DNA of 64,000 nt from Mobula birostris (Eukaryota), in assembly GCF_030028105.1 (NCBI RefSeq), contig NC_092390.1, positions 18,016,072 to 18,080,071 of the forward strand, in the 5' to 3' direction. The notes beneath the pieces are model-generated. The model had not been told where the DNA came from. It ran no database searches and saw nothing but the letters and a program-made list of their open reading frames with translations. The first letter of the stretch is position 1, and each line of letters starts with the position of its first letter. Made by a program: the position numbers and the translations under genes. Shown piece by piece: positions 24,505 through 36,745 of this stretch.

Positions 24505-25565
24505 AGTGAAACTCCCTCCACTCCGTCCCATCACTCACTCCCGGTGTGAGACACCGAGTGAAGCTCCCTCCACACCGTCCCATCACTCACCCCGGGGTCA
24601 GACACCGAGTGAAGCTCCCTCCACTCCGTCCCATCACTCACCCCGGGGTCAGACACCGAGTGAAGCTCCCTCCACACTGTCCCATCACTCACCCCGGGGT
24701 CAGACACCGAGTGAAGCTCCCTCCACACCGTCCCATCACTCACTCCCGAGGTCAGACACCGAGAGAAGCTCCCTTCACACCGTCCCATCACCCACTCCCG
24801 GTGTGAGACACCGAGTGAAGCTCCTTCTACACTGTCCCATCAATCACTCCGGTGTCAGACACCGAGAGAAGCTCCCTCCACACCGTCCCATCACTCACCC
24901 CGGGGTCAGAAATAGAGCAAAGCACCCTCTACACTGTCCCATCAGTCACTCCCGGTGTGAGACACCGAGTGAAGCTCCCTCCACTCCGTCCCATCACTCA
25001 CTCCCGGTGTGAGACACCGAGTGAAGCTCCCTCCATACCATCCCATCACTCACCCCGGGGTCAGACGTCGAGTGAAGCTCCCTCCACACCGTTCCATCAC
25101 TCACCCCGAGGTCAGAAATAGAGCAAAGCACCCTCTACACTGTCCCATCAGTCACTCCCGGCGTGAGACACCGAGTGAAGCTCCCTCCATACCATCCCAT
25201 CACTCACCCCGTGTCAGACACAGAGTAAAGCTCCCTCCACTCCGTCCCATCACTCACCCCGGGGTCAGACACCGAGTGAAGCTCCCTCCGCTCCATCCCA
25301 TCACTCACCCCGGTGTGAGACACCGAGAGAAGCTCCCTCCACACCGTCCCATCACTCACCCGGTGTCAGACGCCGAGTAAAGCTCCCTCCAAGACGTCCC
25401 ATCACTCACTCCCGGTGTGAGACACCGAGTGAAGCTCCCTCCATACCATCCCATCACTCACCCCGTGTCAGACACAGAGTAAAGCTTCCTCCACTCCATC
25501 ACATCACTCACCCCTACGGTCACATCACACACCTCGGGGTCAGACACTGAGTGAGGCTCCCTCCC
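24505..25565. repeat. Minisatellite with about 51-bp units, same family as the CALHM1-intron array
   Basis: Unit gtgaagctccctccacaccgtcccatcactcaccccggggtcagacaccga; period 51 (24558 to 24609); a variant unit recurs at 24907 and 25113. Confidence 0.95.
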
Positions 25566-26604
25566 ATCAAAAACTCTTGGGGTCCGACCTACATGAACCT
25601 GTTTCTGAAAACTAACACTCACTTTCTCCTAATAAATACCACTGAGTACCTGCCATGCTCTGAGAAAACTTTATTTTAAGTTACTGTTATTGCTTTATTT
25701 TGCGCAGAATTTGTTGTTTTGCCACTAGACGACAATGGGGTGATAATTTCTTAGATTGCAACACACAGAGGTATATCAAAGGAACAAGCCCCTCAGTCTA
25801 CATTTTTAAACCATAAGATACAGGAGCAGAATTAGGTCATCGGCCCTTCGGGTCTGCAGACGTGGCCCCCTCATTTAGGGAAAGATGTTCTCTGGTGGTC
25901 TCATGGGGAAAGGGACGCGGTCCCCGAGCTCCGATGTGGCTGGTGAGGTCAGTTGGGCAAGGGGTGTCGAGGTGCGACGGGCTGGGTTTATTCTGAGGTT
26001 TCTCCCTCCCTCGGCGCTTCATGCGGGGTCTCTGGCTTGTCCACGCCTCCCTTCTGGGTGACACTGAGGCAGGTATCTCCAGGAAAACTGGTGAGGAAGG
26101 TATAGTTTTCAGGGAGGCTTTGGGAGTTTCAGGGAGGGTTCTCTGCAGTGTCCGTGTAGGGGGATGATCTGTTTCGGAATTAGTGGGCCTTGTGTTGGTG
26201 ACGTGGTCCGTCTGGAGTGCCTGAGGCAGATCTGAGAGTGGTCGGTCCCGTTGCTGGGAATGAGGATCTTGCTGGGACAGGAATGGTGATTTGGATTCTT
26301 GTCTCTGAGGCGGGGAGCGTGGAGATAATAGTTCCGGTGAGCAGAGAGAAGAGGCTGAAGGGGGATGGGGGGTGTGGAAGCGGGGTCACTGGGCTGGATG
26401 GATCCTTGTGGACTGGGAATTACGATGGGGGGCTGCGCCACGGCAAACATATTCAAGACTGGATCAGACGTCTTCAGCCCGTGGGGGAACGGGCGGGGCA
26501 CTGGCGCTAGTCGGCTTTGGTGCAGAATCGAAAGGCTGAATGAGCTGCTCCTGTTCTCGTTTTTTTCTAATTCTAGCGCTTGACCACCGCAGCGATGAGC
26601 CTCA

Positions 26605-26720
26605 ATGGTACAGCGGCTGGTGACGTTGGCCTCATTGCTCCGGAGACGCGAGTTCGATCCTCGCCCTGGGCGCTGGCGTGTCTATGTGGATTTTGTATGT
26701 TCTGTTTGCGGATGTGTAGG
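26605..26720 (+). mobile_element. tRNA-derived SINE head (V-SINE-like)
   Basis: B-box-like GAGTTCGATCC at about 26650, followed by gtgtctatgtggattttgtatgttct. Confidence 0.6.
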
Positions 26721-26885
26721 CACTGTCGGACAAATAACTGAATCGTTAAGCCAAAGGGAGCTAGCCCTCGCCCACTTCGCCTTTCTCCCTTTAGTCCTCC
26801 TTTCGCCCCTCGCTCCCGCTCCCTCTCGGAACTCGGAGTCCCACTAGGTCTTGGGGTGAAGGTAGTGGAGGGGCGGAATGGCTTT

Positions 26886-27317
26886 TTAAACCCGGGTGTG
26901 CCGTGCACCGTTTCCCGACGGGCCCTGAGAGAGCCCCGGGTGCCCAGGGGTCTGCCGGCCATCGTCCTGGATGGCCAGTGGGGGCCTGGAGTTGTCCCAT
27001 CGCTGAAGGAGCTGGTTTAGCTGCTCTTTGTTGGTGATGCCGTGTAGAGGCCAGTCCGCCTCCCCCTCCGTCCCCTTCGCACTCTCCTGGCCTTCCGCTC
27101 CCTCCTGTCCCGGTCCGACGAAGAACTCGCGGACGCAGCGCCGAGCGAACGTGTGCGCATGCTCGCAGCACATCTCCTCGAAGATCTTCTCCTCCAGGTC
27201 GAGATAGTTGCCCCAGTACCAGTTCCGCAGTGGGTTGACTTGTCGAGAGCACGGCCTCAGGGTGCGAGCGAGGAATGCGGCCAGGATCAGCAGGAAGAGG
27301 GTGGTCCATCCCACCGC
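26886..27317 (-). CDS. CALHM3: CALHM3 exon 2
   Basis: AVGWTTLFLLILAAFLARTLRPC...YWGNYLDLEEKIFEEMCCEHA...ARRCVREFF...HTRV*. Human CALHM3 has [44 protein letters not shown] and ends HTDV. Acceptor gttctcag|. Confidence 0.9.
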   Translation of the reverse strand, partial: AVGWTTLFLLILAAFLARTLRPCSRQVNPLRNWYWGNYLDLEEKIFEEMCCEHAHTFARRCVREFFVGPGQEGAEGQESAKGTEGEADWPLHGITNKEQLNQLLQRWDNSRPPLAIQDDGRQTPGHPGLSQGPSGNGARHTRV

Positions 27318-27639
27318 CTGAGAACACAGAGGACACAAACACAGTGCCGGAGGAGCAGAGCAGACCCGTTGTAACCCGAGCTGTCCCTTGCGATCCCGCA
27401 CTCACCCAGTCACCCTCCTGAACCCAATCCCACAGCGGCTGGTCCCTGGACCACCAACCTCGCTATCAGGCACCAGCCGGATGGATAGAATGGCCGTCCC
27501 GCCTCGAGCTTCCCTGTGAACCGGAAGCAGGAGGGCAGGGTTGGTACAGGGAACTCCCCGCCCCTCCGGGTTCCATGCACACTTTCCACTCTTATGGCAT
27601 CAGACAGCGGGCCCCAGACCACAGGGAACATGAGGAGGT

Positions 27640-30600
27640 CCCAAAGAGAGAACACAGGGAGTTAGGTAGAAAGCGCCACTGAGGGTAAGGATAGGGTGAT
27701 TTGGAAGATGGCTGAGGAATTGGTGCAGGGGGCAGGAGTTCAAATCTCTGGATCAGTGGAATCTCTTCTGGGGGATGTATAAAGGGACGGGTTACAGCTG
27801 AAGATGAGGGAGACCAATATCCTTGCGGGCAGGTTTGCCGGAGAGTTGGAGAAAGTTTAAACTAAATTGGCAGGGGGATGGGAGCCAGAAGGATAAGTGT
27901 AACACGGGAGCAAAATTGTTAAGGGTGGTGAATACAGGACGGAAGTTGTTATATTTTAATGTATGCAGTATATGGAATTAAGTAGATGACCCTGTGGCGC
28001 AATTAGAGATTGGCAGATACGGTGATGTGGGCATCACTGAATCTTGGCTGAAAGATGATCTTAATTTGAGAGCTTAGAATCTAAGGATACACATTGTATC
28101 GAGAAGACAAGCAGGTAGATAGAGGGGTGGGGTGGCCCGGTTGGTAAGAAAAAGTGAAATCAAATCCTTTGAAAGAGTTGACATAGGATCGGAAGATGTA
28201 GAATCCTTGTGGGTAGAAACTCCAAGGGTAAAAGACATGGATGGGCGTTAAATACAGACCTCCAAGTAGTAGCCACGATGTGGGATACATATTTCAACGG
28301 GAGATAGAAATATTAGGATAGTAATGGGGGATTTCAATATGCCAGTAGATTGGGGAAATCAGACTGTGCTGGTTTCCAAGAGAGGGAATTTGTAGAATGC
28401 CTGCGAGATTGCTTTTTAGAGTAGCTTGAGGCCACTAGAGGAGAAACAATTTTGGATTGGGTGTTGGGTAATGAACGAGATTTGATGTGGGAGCTTAAGG
28501 TAAAGGAACCCTTAAGAAACAGTAATCATAATATGATAGAATTCGCCCTGAGGTTTGAGAGGAAGAAGATAAAGTCAGATATATGGATATTATAGTGGAG
28601 TAAAGGGAATTACAGAGGCATGAGAGAGGAGCTGGCCAAAGTTCATTGGAGAGGGACACTAGCAGGAATGACAACAGAAAACCAATCACTGGAGTTTCTG
28701 GGGGGGGGAAAGGAAGGCACCAGATAGATACATTTCTTAGATTAAGAAATATTCTAAAGGCCACAGTGCCTGACAAGGGTAGTCAAAGACAGCATAAAAG
28801 CAAAAGAGAGAGCATGTAATATTGCAAAAAATAGTGGTAAGTTAGATAATTGAGAAGCTTTTGAAAACTAACTAAAACTCATAAGGACAGAAAATATGAA
28901 ATATGAAGGAATGTTAGCCAATAATACAAAAGAGGATATGAAAAGTTTCTTTCAAATATTTAAAGAGTAATAAGAGAGGAGATCTTGGATATTGAACCAC
29001 TGGAAAATGATGATAGAGAGTTAGCAATGGGAGACAGCTAAATGGCGCGGGAACTTAATAAGTATTTTGTGTCAGTCTTCACCTTGGAAGACATTAGCAG
29101 TATGCCAGAGGTTCGACAGCATCACAGGGCAGAAGTGAGTGTTGTTGCTCTTACTAAGGAGAAGATACTCGAGAAGCTGAAAATCCAGCTGGATTATACC
29201 CCAGGGTTCTGAAAGAGTTAGCTGAAGAGATCGTAGTGGCATCATTAAATGACCTTTCAAGAATCATTAGATTCTAGAATTGCTCAGAAGGACTGGAAAA
29301 TTGGAAATGTCACTCCACTCTTTAATAAGGGAGGGAGACAGAAGAAAGGAAATTTTAGGACAATTAGCCTAATTTCAGTGGTTGGGAAGATGTTAGAGTC
29401 AATTATTAAGGATGAGGTTTTGAGATACTCGGAGGCACGTGATAGAATAGGTCAAGGTCGGGATGGTTTCCTTATGGGGAAATGTTGCCCGACAGATCTG
29501 TTGGAATTCTTTGAGGAAATAACAGTTAAGATAGACAAAAGGGGGTCGGTGGATGTTGCTTACTTGAAATTTTAGAAGGACTTTGACAAGGTGTTGTACA
29601 TGAGGCTGTTTAACAAGATAAAAGACCATCGTATTACAGGAAAGGTGCTAGCGGGGAGAGAAGATAAGCTGACTGGCAGGAGGCAAGTAGTGGGAATAAA
29701 GCGGGGCCTTTTCTGGTTGGTTGCCGGTGACTAATGGTGCTCCGCAGGAGTCAGATTTGGGGCCACTTCTTTTCACGTTAGATGTGAAAGATTTGGATTA
29801 GGCGATTGGTAGCCTTGTGTGTAAGTTTGCGGGTGGTATGAGGATGGGAGGAGGGGCAAGTAGTGTTGAGGAAGCGGGGAATGTGCAGAAGGACTTAAAC
29901 AGGTGGGGAGAATAGGCAAAGGGTGGCAGATTGAGTAAAATGTACGGAAGTGTACCGTCATGTGCTTTTGTAGAAGGCATAGAGTTGTAGGTAATTATCT
30001 AAACGGAGAAAATTCCAAAGTCAGAGCTGCAAAGGGACCCGGGAGTCCTCGTGCAGGATTCCCTAAAGGTCAACTTGCACCTTCAGGGTGAGTCAGTGGT
30101 AAGGAAAGCAAATGTGATGCTTGCGTTCATTTCGAGAGGATTAGAATATAAGAGCGAGGGTATAATGCTCATTCTCTATAAGGCACTGGTCGGACCGCAC
30201 TTGGAATATTGTGAGCCGTTTTGGGCCCTTTATCTGAGAAAAGATGTGCTGGCTTGGGAGAAGGTCCACAGCAGATTCACGAGAATGATTCCGGGAATGA
30301 AAGCGTTTATCGATGGTTCTGGGCCGTACTTGCTGGAGTTCTCGTTGAAACCTATCGAATATTGAGAGGTCTAGATAAAGTGAATGAGGTGAGAATTTTT
30401 CCTGTAGTGGGTGAGCCTAGGACCGGAGGGTACAGTCACAGACTACTAGAGGGAGGTCTACTTAGAACAGAGATGAGGAGAAATTCCTTTAGCCAGAGGA
30501 TGGTGAATCGGTGGAATTCATTGCCGTGGGTGGATGTGGAGGCCAATTCATTGAACTGATTTAAGGTGGAGGTTGAGAGGTTCCTGAGTAGTCGGGGCGT

Positions 30601-31170
30601 CAAAGGTTACGGGAGAAAGTAGGATAGTGGGTTGGGGGTGATAGATAAATCAGTCATGGTGGAATGGCGGAGTCTCCGTATGCCGAAGAACCTGATTCCG
30701 CTGCAGTTTCTGGTCGTACTCTGCCCCATCTGTCCAGCGCTTTACAGTCGCTTCACGGAAACAAGCCCTTCGGCCCAACTCATTCATGCCGACCAGGTTC
30801 TCTACCTGAGCCAGTCCCTTTTCCACACGTTTGACCGACATCACTCTAAACATTTTCTAACCATAAACTTTCCCAAGTCCCTTTTACATGCCGTTAACGC
30901 ACCTTCCTTAACCAATTCATCCGCCTTACCTATGACACTCTTGCCGCTTTAAAGCGTTTCACCCTCACCTTAACTCTACACCCTCCAGGTTCAGACTAAG
31001 GTAAAAGGTGAAATGTTTCAGGGGAACCTGGGAGCGAGGATCTTCTTCACCCAGAGGATGGTGCGAGCGTGGGACGAGCTTCCAGCCGAAGTAGTGGATG
31101 CAGGTTCGATTTCATCATTTAAGAGAAGTTTGGTTAAATTCCTGGATTGGAGGACTGTGGTGCAAGTGCT
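27640..31170 (+). mobile_element. Long decayed CR1 LINE (end of ORF1, endonuclease, RT, 3' tail) plus small CR1 pieces in the CALHM3 intron
   Basis: DDLVAQLEIGRYGDVGITESWL-like endonuclease, DWKIGNVTPLFNKGGRQKKGNFRTISLISVVGKMLESI and LYKALVGPHLEYCEPFWA, with many stops and frameshifts. Confidence 0.9.
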
Positions 31171-31644
31171 GCTGCGCATAATCGTTATGGCCGAAGTACT
31201 TGTCCCTAGGAAGTATTGTTCTGTGACTTCTCTACTCTGGGAAAGAAAGGCTGTGACTACCCACCCATCCCTGCTCCTTGCGATTTAATAAACTTCTCTG
31301 TTGTCACCCACAGTCGTTTTTGCTCCGGGGGATGGGGGGACAGTCCCAGCTTGTCCAGTTGTCCAGCTCTTCTCCATTCCCCACAACACCACGACCTTCT
31401 GCATTCTCACCAGCCTTCTCTCTAGCCCTCGGCTCCCTGAGCACCGCCCGCCCCCCCCCCCGGATCTTAAGCTGATCTTAATGTCCAACACTCGGATCGT
31501 GTAGACTCTGGTCTCCGCACCCCTGGCTACCGCTGGACGACAGAGAGATAGAATGTCCGAGAAGCCAGTTGGACCAGTGGACGAGAGTCCCTCCCCCCGC
31601 CCTGCCGTGGCCGGAGCAGTAGGGTGGGAGGCGGCTGGCTTTAC

Positions 31645-32199
31645 CTGGGAGACAGTGCGCAGGTACCGGTAGGCTGCATTCCTGGAAAAGGGCGGGTGCC
31701 CGGGCAGCTGCACGGAGGCGAGGTCCTTACAGGGAAGCCGGGCCAGGGCGGCGCGCAGCTCGGCCGCAGTGTAGCCGCTAACATTGGCGAAGCGACCGGG
31801 CTCCAGACTGGTAGCGAGGGCGCAGGCGAGGCACTTGCCATCGAGCAGAGCCACGATAAGCCAGGCGGCGGGAGGCAGCGCGGCGCTCCGCACCACTCCG
31901 AGCAGCAGCGACAGCAGAGCACTGCCGTCCCTGGGTCGACTGCCTTCGGGCCTCCGCCACTCCCGCAGCAGCAGAAGCCAGCGTCGGTTCACCATGAAGC
32001 CGCAGATGAAGAGGGCGATGCAGGGTAGGAGGAGGACCGCCGCCGCGTACGCAGTGTTGTAGCCAGGTAGACAAGGGCAGCTAAAGTTGAGGGCACTGTA
32101 TAGCCGGACGCTGGCCAGCGCCAAAATCCCACAGATCCCGTTCGTGACCGACTTCGGGTTAGACTGGAGGCTGCGGAGGGTGGCGGTAAGGCGATCCAT
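31645..32199 (-). CDS. CALHM3: CALHM3 exon 1
   Basis: MDRLTATLRSLQSNPKSVTNGICG...CPCLPGYN...EWRRPEG...LLDGKC...FANVS...LPCK...YLRTVSQ. Strong Kozak (gccATGg), donor cag|gtaaag, 185 codons, CpG-rich. SVxNG, NR and the FANxS/T sequon fit CALHM3 better than CALHM1. Confidence 0.88.
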
Positions 32200-32399
32200 G
32201 GCTCCCGAGCTACAGCCGGCGCCGGCAATCCCGAGGCAGTGCCCCCCGCCCCCACCCGGCTCCGGGCTGCCGATCACACGCAGCATCCGACGTCACTGAG
32301 TAGGTGAAGAGCGGGCAGGTGAGCTGGTCAAAGACCCCAACCAAACAACCTCAGACTTGCACTCTTCACGCCCCTCTCGTTGCGCAGAAGATACGAGAA

Positions 32400-33770
32400 G
32401 CATGTATCTCCGGGCTCGAGAGCAACTTTCACCTCGCTGTTACAAGACTATTGAAAGATAGAATGGACACTCACTTTACGATCCACCTGGTCATGGTCTC
32501 GTACTTTATTGGCTACCTACGCTGCAATTTCTCTATAACTGTAACACTTTATTCTGCCACAAACAGGAGAAAATCTGCAGATGCTGGAAATCCAGAGCAA
32601 CACACGCAAAACTGCTGGAGGAACCCAGCAGTCCAGGCAGCATCTATGGAAAAGGGAAAACAGTCGACGTTTCGGCCCGAAACCCTTCAGCATAGACGCT
32701 GCCTGGCCTGCTGAGTTTCCCTAGCATTGTGTGTGTGTCACTTTATTCTGCGTGTCACTTTGTACTACCTCGATATACCCATGCGTTTAAACGATTGGTA
32801 GGGATGACATTCAAGACAAAGATTCTCACTGTACCTGGGTACGTGATAATAATAAACCAAATGACAATTTTCCCCCGGTGCTGAGCTCTGTGCGGAGGGG
32901 TCTTGCGGTCTATTGCTCCATAGAAGTGGCTACACAGGTTGACAGAGTGATGATAAAGAAGACATGTGGCACGCTTGTGTTAAGCCGCTGAGTTCAAAAG
33001 TCAGGAAGCTATGTTGCACCTTTATAAAGCTGGGATCACGTCTGGGGTATTGCACACAGTTCTGGTCGCAACATTATACGAAGGATGTCGAGGTTTAGCC
33101 GCGTGTGCAGAAGAGGTTTACCAGGATGTTGCTGTTTGGATTAGAGGGTATGTTGTTTTCATGAGAGGCTGGACAAACGGGTTATTTTCCCGGGAGCGGC
33201 GGAGTCTGAAGAGAGCTGGTAGAGGTTTATAGAGTCATAGAGAAATACAGCCCCGAAACAGACCCTTCGGCCCATCTAATCCATACCGAAACCATTTAAA
33301 CTGCCCACCCCCAACGACCTGCACCGGGGCCATAGCCCTCCGTGCCAGCCGTGCACCGACCCGAGCTTCTCTTACACATTAATATCGAGCTTGCATGCAC
33401 AGTTTGTGCTGGAAGCTCGTTCCACACTCTCACGCTCCCCAGAGTGAAGCAGTTTCCCCTCATGACCCCATTAAGCTTCCCACCTTTCACCCTTAAGCCA
33501 TGGCCTCTGGTTGTAGTCAACCTTTCATAAGATTATGAGGGGCAGAGATAGCGGAGAGAGCCAGTATCTTTGCCCCAGGGATAAAATGTCTAACACCAGA
33601 GCAATTTAAAGTGGTGGGGGGAGGGATGCAAATTCAAAGGAGATGTGCTTGGCAGTTTCTTATACACAGAGAGTGCTGGATGCCCGCAACGCTCTGCCTG
33701 GGGTGGCGGTGCAAGCGGAAACAACAGAGACTCCTAGACAGGCACGTGAATGTGGACATTGTCAATGTCC
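32400..33770. mobile_element. Nested Rex1 tail, fold-back Penelope-tail element (32565-32740) and CR1 fragments (33230-33525 inserted antisense in 32915-33760)
   Basis: Recurrent family sequences; the interrupted CR1 reads agaggtttata|...|ataagattatgagg. Confidence 0.7.
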
Positions 33771-34084
33771 ATTGAGTGACTGGACGTTAGTTTAAGCATT
33801 TTATTGAACTAGGTCTTTCAGTACCGATATGCCTGTGAGGGAGTACTGCCGTCTGGCACAGTCCAGGCTGCCAGACGCACGCCGAGGGACGCGCTGAACC
33901 TCAGTTCATGCTAAGACTGGGTGCGGAAGGTCGGCAGTATGAGATGCCGCGACCCTCTGGAGGATTTAGGCCCTACGTGGACGCATCTCAACACTCGCAG
34001 TTTGCACTGTGCCAGTAGGCGCCGTGAGTGGCAACGGTGCCTCGGACACAGAATGTGCTCACACTATAAACACGTTGAACCATC

Positions 34085-36009
34085 TCTGTGTGTTGTCACC
34101 TCAGACCAGCCTATTAAACAACACCCCTATAGGATGAACTTGGAGAAGGGTAAGCTAGTGGAGAAAGAGATTGAGTACATGCTAGCCACAGATATTATTA
34201 GGCCATCCAAATCGGAATGAGCGTCCCCCTGTGTGGTTGTCCCAAAAGTCGATGGGAGCATACGATTCTGTACCGATTACAGAAAAGTGAACGCCATCAC
34301 AAAAACTGATGCGTACCCCATGCCAATGGTGGACGATTGCATCGATAAAGTGGGGAGAGCTAAGTACATCACAAAGATCAATTTGCTGAAAGGGTACTGC
34401 GTTCCTTTAACCGACCGGGCTAGAGAAATCTCAGCATTTGTCACTCCATCTGGGTTATACGAGTATAATGTTTTACCTTTTGGCATGAAAAACACCCCAG
34501 GGACCTTCCAGAGGATGATTAATTCAGTGATAAAAGGGTTAAAGAACGCAGAAGCGTATATTGACGATTTAGTGGTCTGGAGTGACACGTGGGAGGAGCA
34601 CATTGTGGCAGTAGAGGAACTGTTTAAACGGCTGTCTGAAGCCAACCTGACAGTGAACCTCGCGAAAAGTGAATTCGGCCACACTAAGGTCACTTATCTG
34701 GGATTTGTGGTAGGACAGGGGCAGCTGGCACCGATGCAGGCTAAGGTGCAGGCTATCTCTGAAGTTCCCATCCCGACGGACAAGAGAGCCCTGAGAAGGT
34801 CCTTGGGGATGGTGGGGTACTATCGGAAGTTTTGCAAAAACTTTGCGGATATTACCTTCTCTCTACTAAGCTCTTGCCGAAGAATGCGAAGTTTGTGTGG
34901 AACGACCTTTGTCAACAGGCCTTCAAGAGTCTGAAGGCGATTCTGTGTCACCATCCTGTATTGAATGCGCCTGACTTTTCAAAACCTTTCTCCCTAGCAA
35001 CAGATTCTAGCGACGAAGCAGCCGGGGTGGTGCTGTTACAGACAGACAAAGAGGAGGTTGACCACCCAGTGGCTTATTTTTCTAAGAAGTTTAATGTCCA
35101 TCAGAGAAATTATTCCACTGTGGAGAAGGAATTACTGGCAATCATACTAGCATTACAACATTTTGAGGTTTATATTTGTCCGGCACGGAAACCACTGATA
35201 ATTTACTCTGATCACAATCCATTAGTGTTTTTGGCCACTATGAAGGATAAAAACAAACGCTTACTAAGTTGGAGCCTGGTCTTACAGGAATTTGTTATTA
35301 GAATAAAACATATAAAAGGAACGGACAATGTGATTGCTGACTGTCTATCAAGGTGTTAAAACTTAAAGTTCTCTGTATTAGCCGAATAGCTGATGACTAC
35401 CTGTATATTAGTGTGTATCTAATAATGTGCATTCATGCCCATAATTTTTACCCCGGTAAAAGTCCTTTTAATGGTGGGGGTGTCATGTGTGACGCCCAGC
35501 AAAGGTACCGGACGGATGATGCTAATGAGAGAGATAAGAAAGACAATGGAGAAACATTCAAAATGCTAATAAGAGAGAAAAGAGGGATTAACGGGAAATG
35601 AACACAATTCAGCTATTGACAAACCGGTTGCTTTGAATCTGAACTGTTTGAATTTGATGGACAGATGTTACCCCAGCAGGGGGATAAAAAAGAGCAGGTT
35701 TGCTAAGTCACGTGACACCACAAGACCCTGGGAAGAGCAATGTGCCCCCACAAGTTGGTGTGAGTTTGGAGGTCCGGTTCTCGGAAACCGACCAGAGGCT
35801 CACAGGGTGTAAAGGTACGATCGGTGGGAACCTGGGGTGTGTGTGTCCGCCCTTGCCTGGGCGCCGGGTTCACCGCGGAAGAACGATCGTTCCGGAACGG
35901 AGGGGTCACAGTCGGTGACCACAGAGGGATAGAAGACATCAAAGGGTCTGCCCGAAACCAAACTGCGAAGGCATCCAAAAGGTCTGCCTGAAACCAATTT
36001 GTATCTGTC

Positions 36010-36055
<46 letters not shown>

Positions 36056-36349
36056 CAACGGAACGACAACAGCGATTACGGCGAACTGCACTAAACTGAT
36101 CTGAATTCTGCTTCACTTAAGACTGATCATTTTACCCCTAGACTGCGATAGAGCCTGGTTGATTCCTATTACTCTAGTTCTGTGTATACGTGTGTATTAT
36201 CATTGCTAACCTGTTACATTGATATCCTTACGATTAGTGTACTGTATTACTTATTTCTTTAATAAAACTTTATTAGTTCCTAGTAATCCAGACTCCAACG
36301 AGCGTTCCATTTCTGCTGGTTTGGCAACCCAGTTACGGGGTACGTAACA
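34085..36349 (+). mobile_element. 5'-truncated Ty3/Gypsy LTR retrotransposon: RT-RNase H, PPT and 3' LTR (35481-36349)
   Basis: PIKQHPYRMN, RFCTDYRKVN, LPFGMKNTPGTFQR, AYIDD, YSTVEKELLA and DNVIADCLSRC*. PPT atggtggggg immediately precedes the LTR, which runs TGTCATGT...ACGTAACA with AATAAA at 36261. One stop and one frameshift. Confidence 0.93.
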
Positions 36350-36745
36350 ATTTATATACACACGTTCTTTCTCTCTCTTCTTTTTCTCTCTCTGTCCCTC
36401 TGACTATACCCCTTGCCCATCCTCTGGGTTTTCCCCCCTCCCCCTTTTCCCTCTTCCTGGGCCTCCTGTCCCATGATCCTCTCAAATCCCAGTTGCCAAT
36501 CACCTGTCCAGCTCTTGGCTCCATCCCTCCCCCTCCTGTCTTCTCCTATCATTTCAGATCTCCCCCTCCCCCTCCCACTTTCAAATCGCTCACTAACTCT
36601 TCCTTCAGTTAGAACTGGCCCGAGGGGTCTCGGCCCAAAACGTCGACTGTACCTTTTCCTAGAGATGCTGCCTGGCCTGCTGTATTCACCAGCAACTTTG
36701 ATGTGTGTGGCTTGAATTTCCAGCATCTGCAGAATTCGTCATGTT
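36350..36745 (+). mobile_element. Penelope-like element 3' tail
   Basis: Pyrimidine-rich body followed by ggtctcggcccaaaacgtcgactg...gatgctgcctggcctgctg, homologous to 23870-24215. Confidence 0.75.

Noticed and set aside
24505-25565. Regularly spaced repeats superficially like a CRISPR array (also 11410-12291)
   Set aside because: The units are contiguous tandem copies without unique spacers, the context is eukaryotic, and there are no cas genes.
26640-26670. B-box suggesting a tRNA gene
   Set aside because: No cloverleaf; it continues into SINE body sequence.
31285-31644. C-terminal part of the 333-aa ORF, suggesting a single-exon CALHM
   Set aside because: Homology stops at the cag|gtaaag donor; the rest is intron read-through and the true exon 2 is at 26886-27317.
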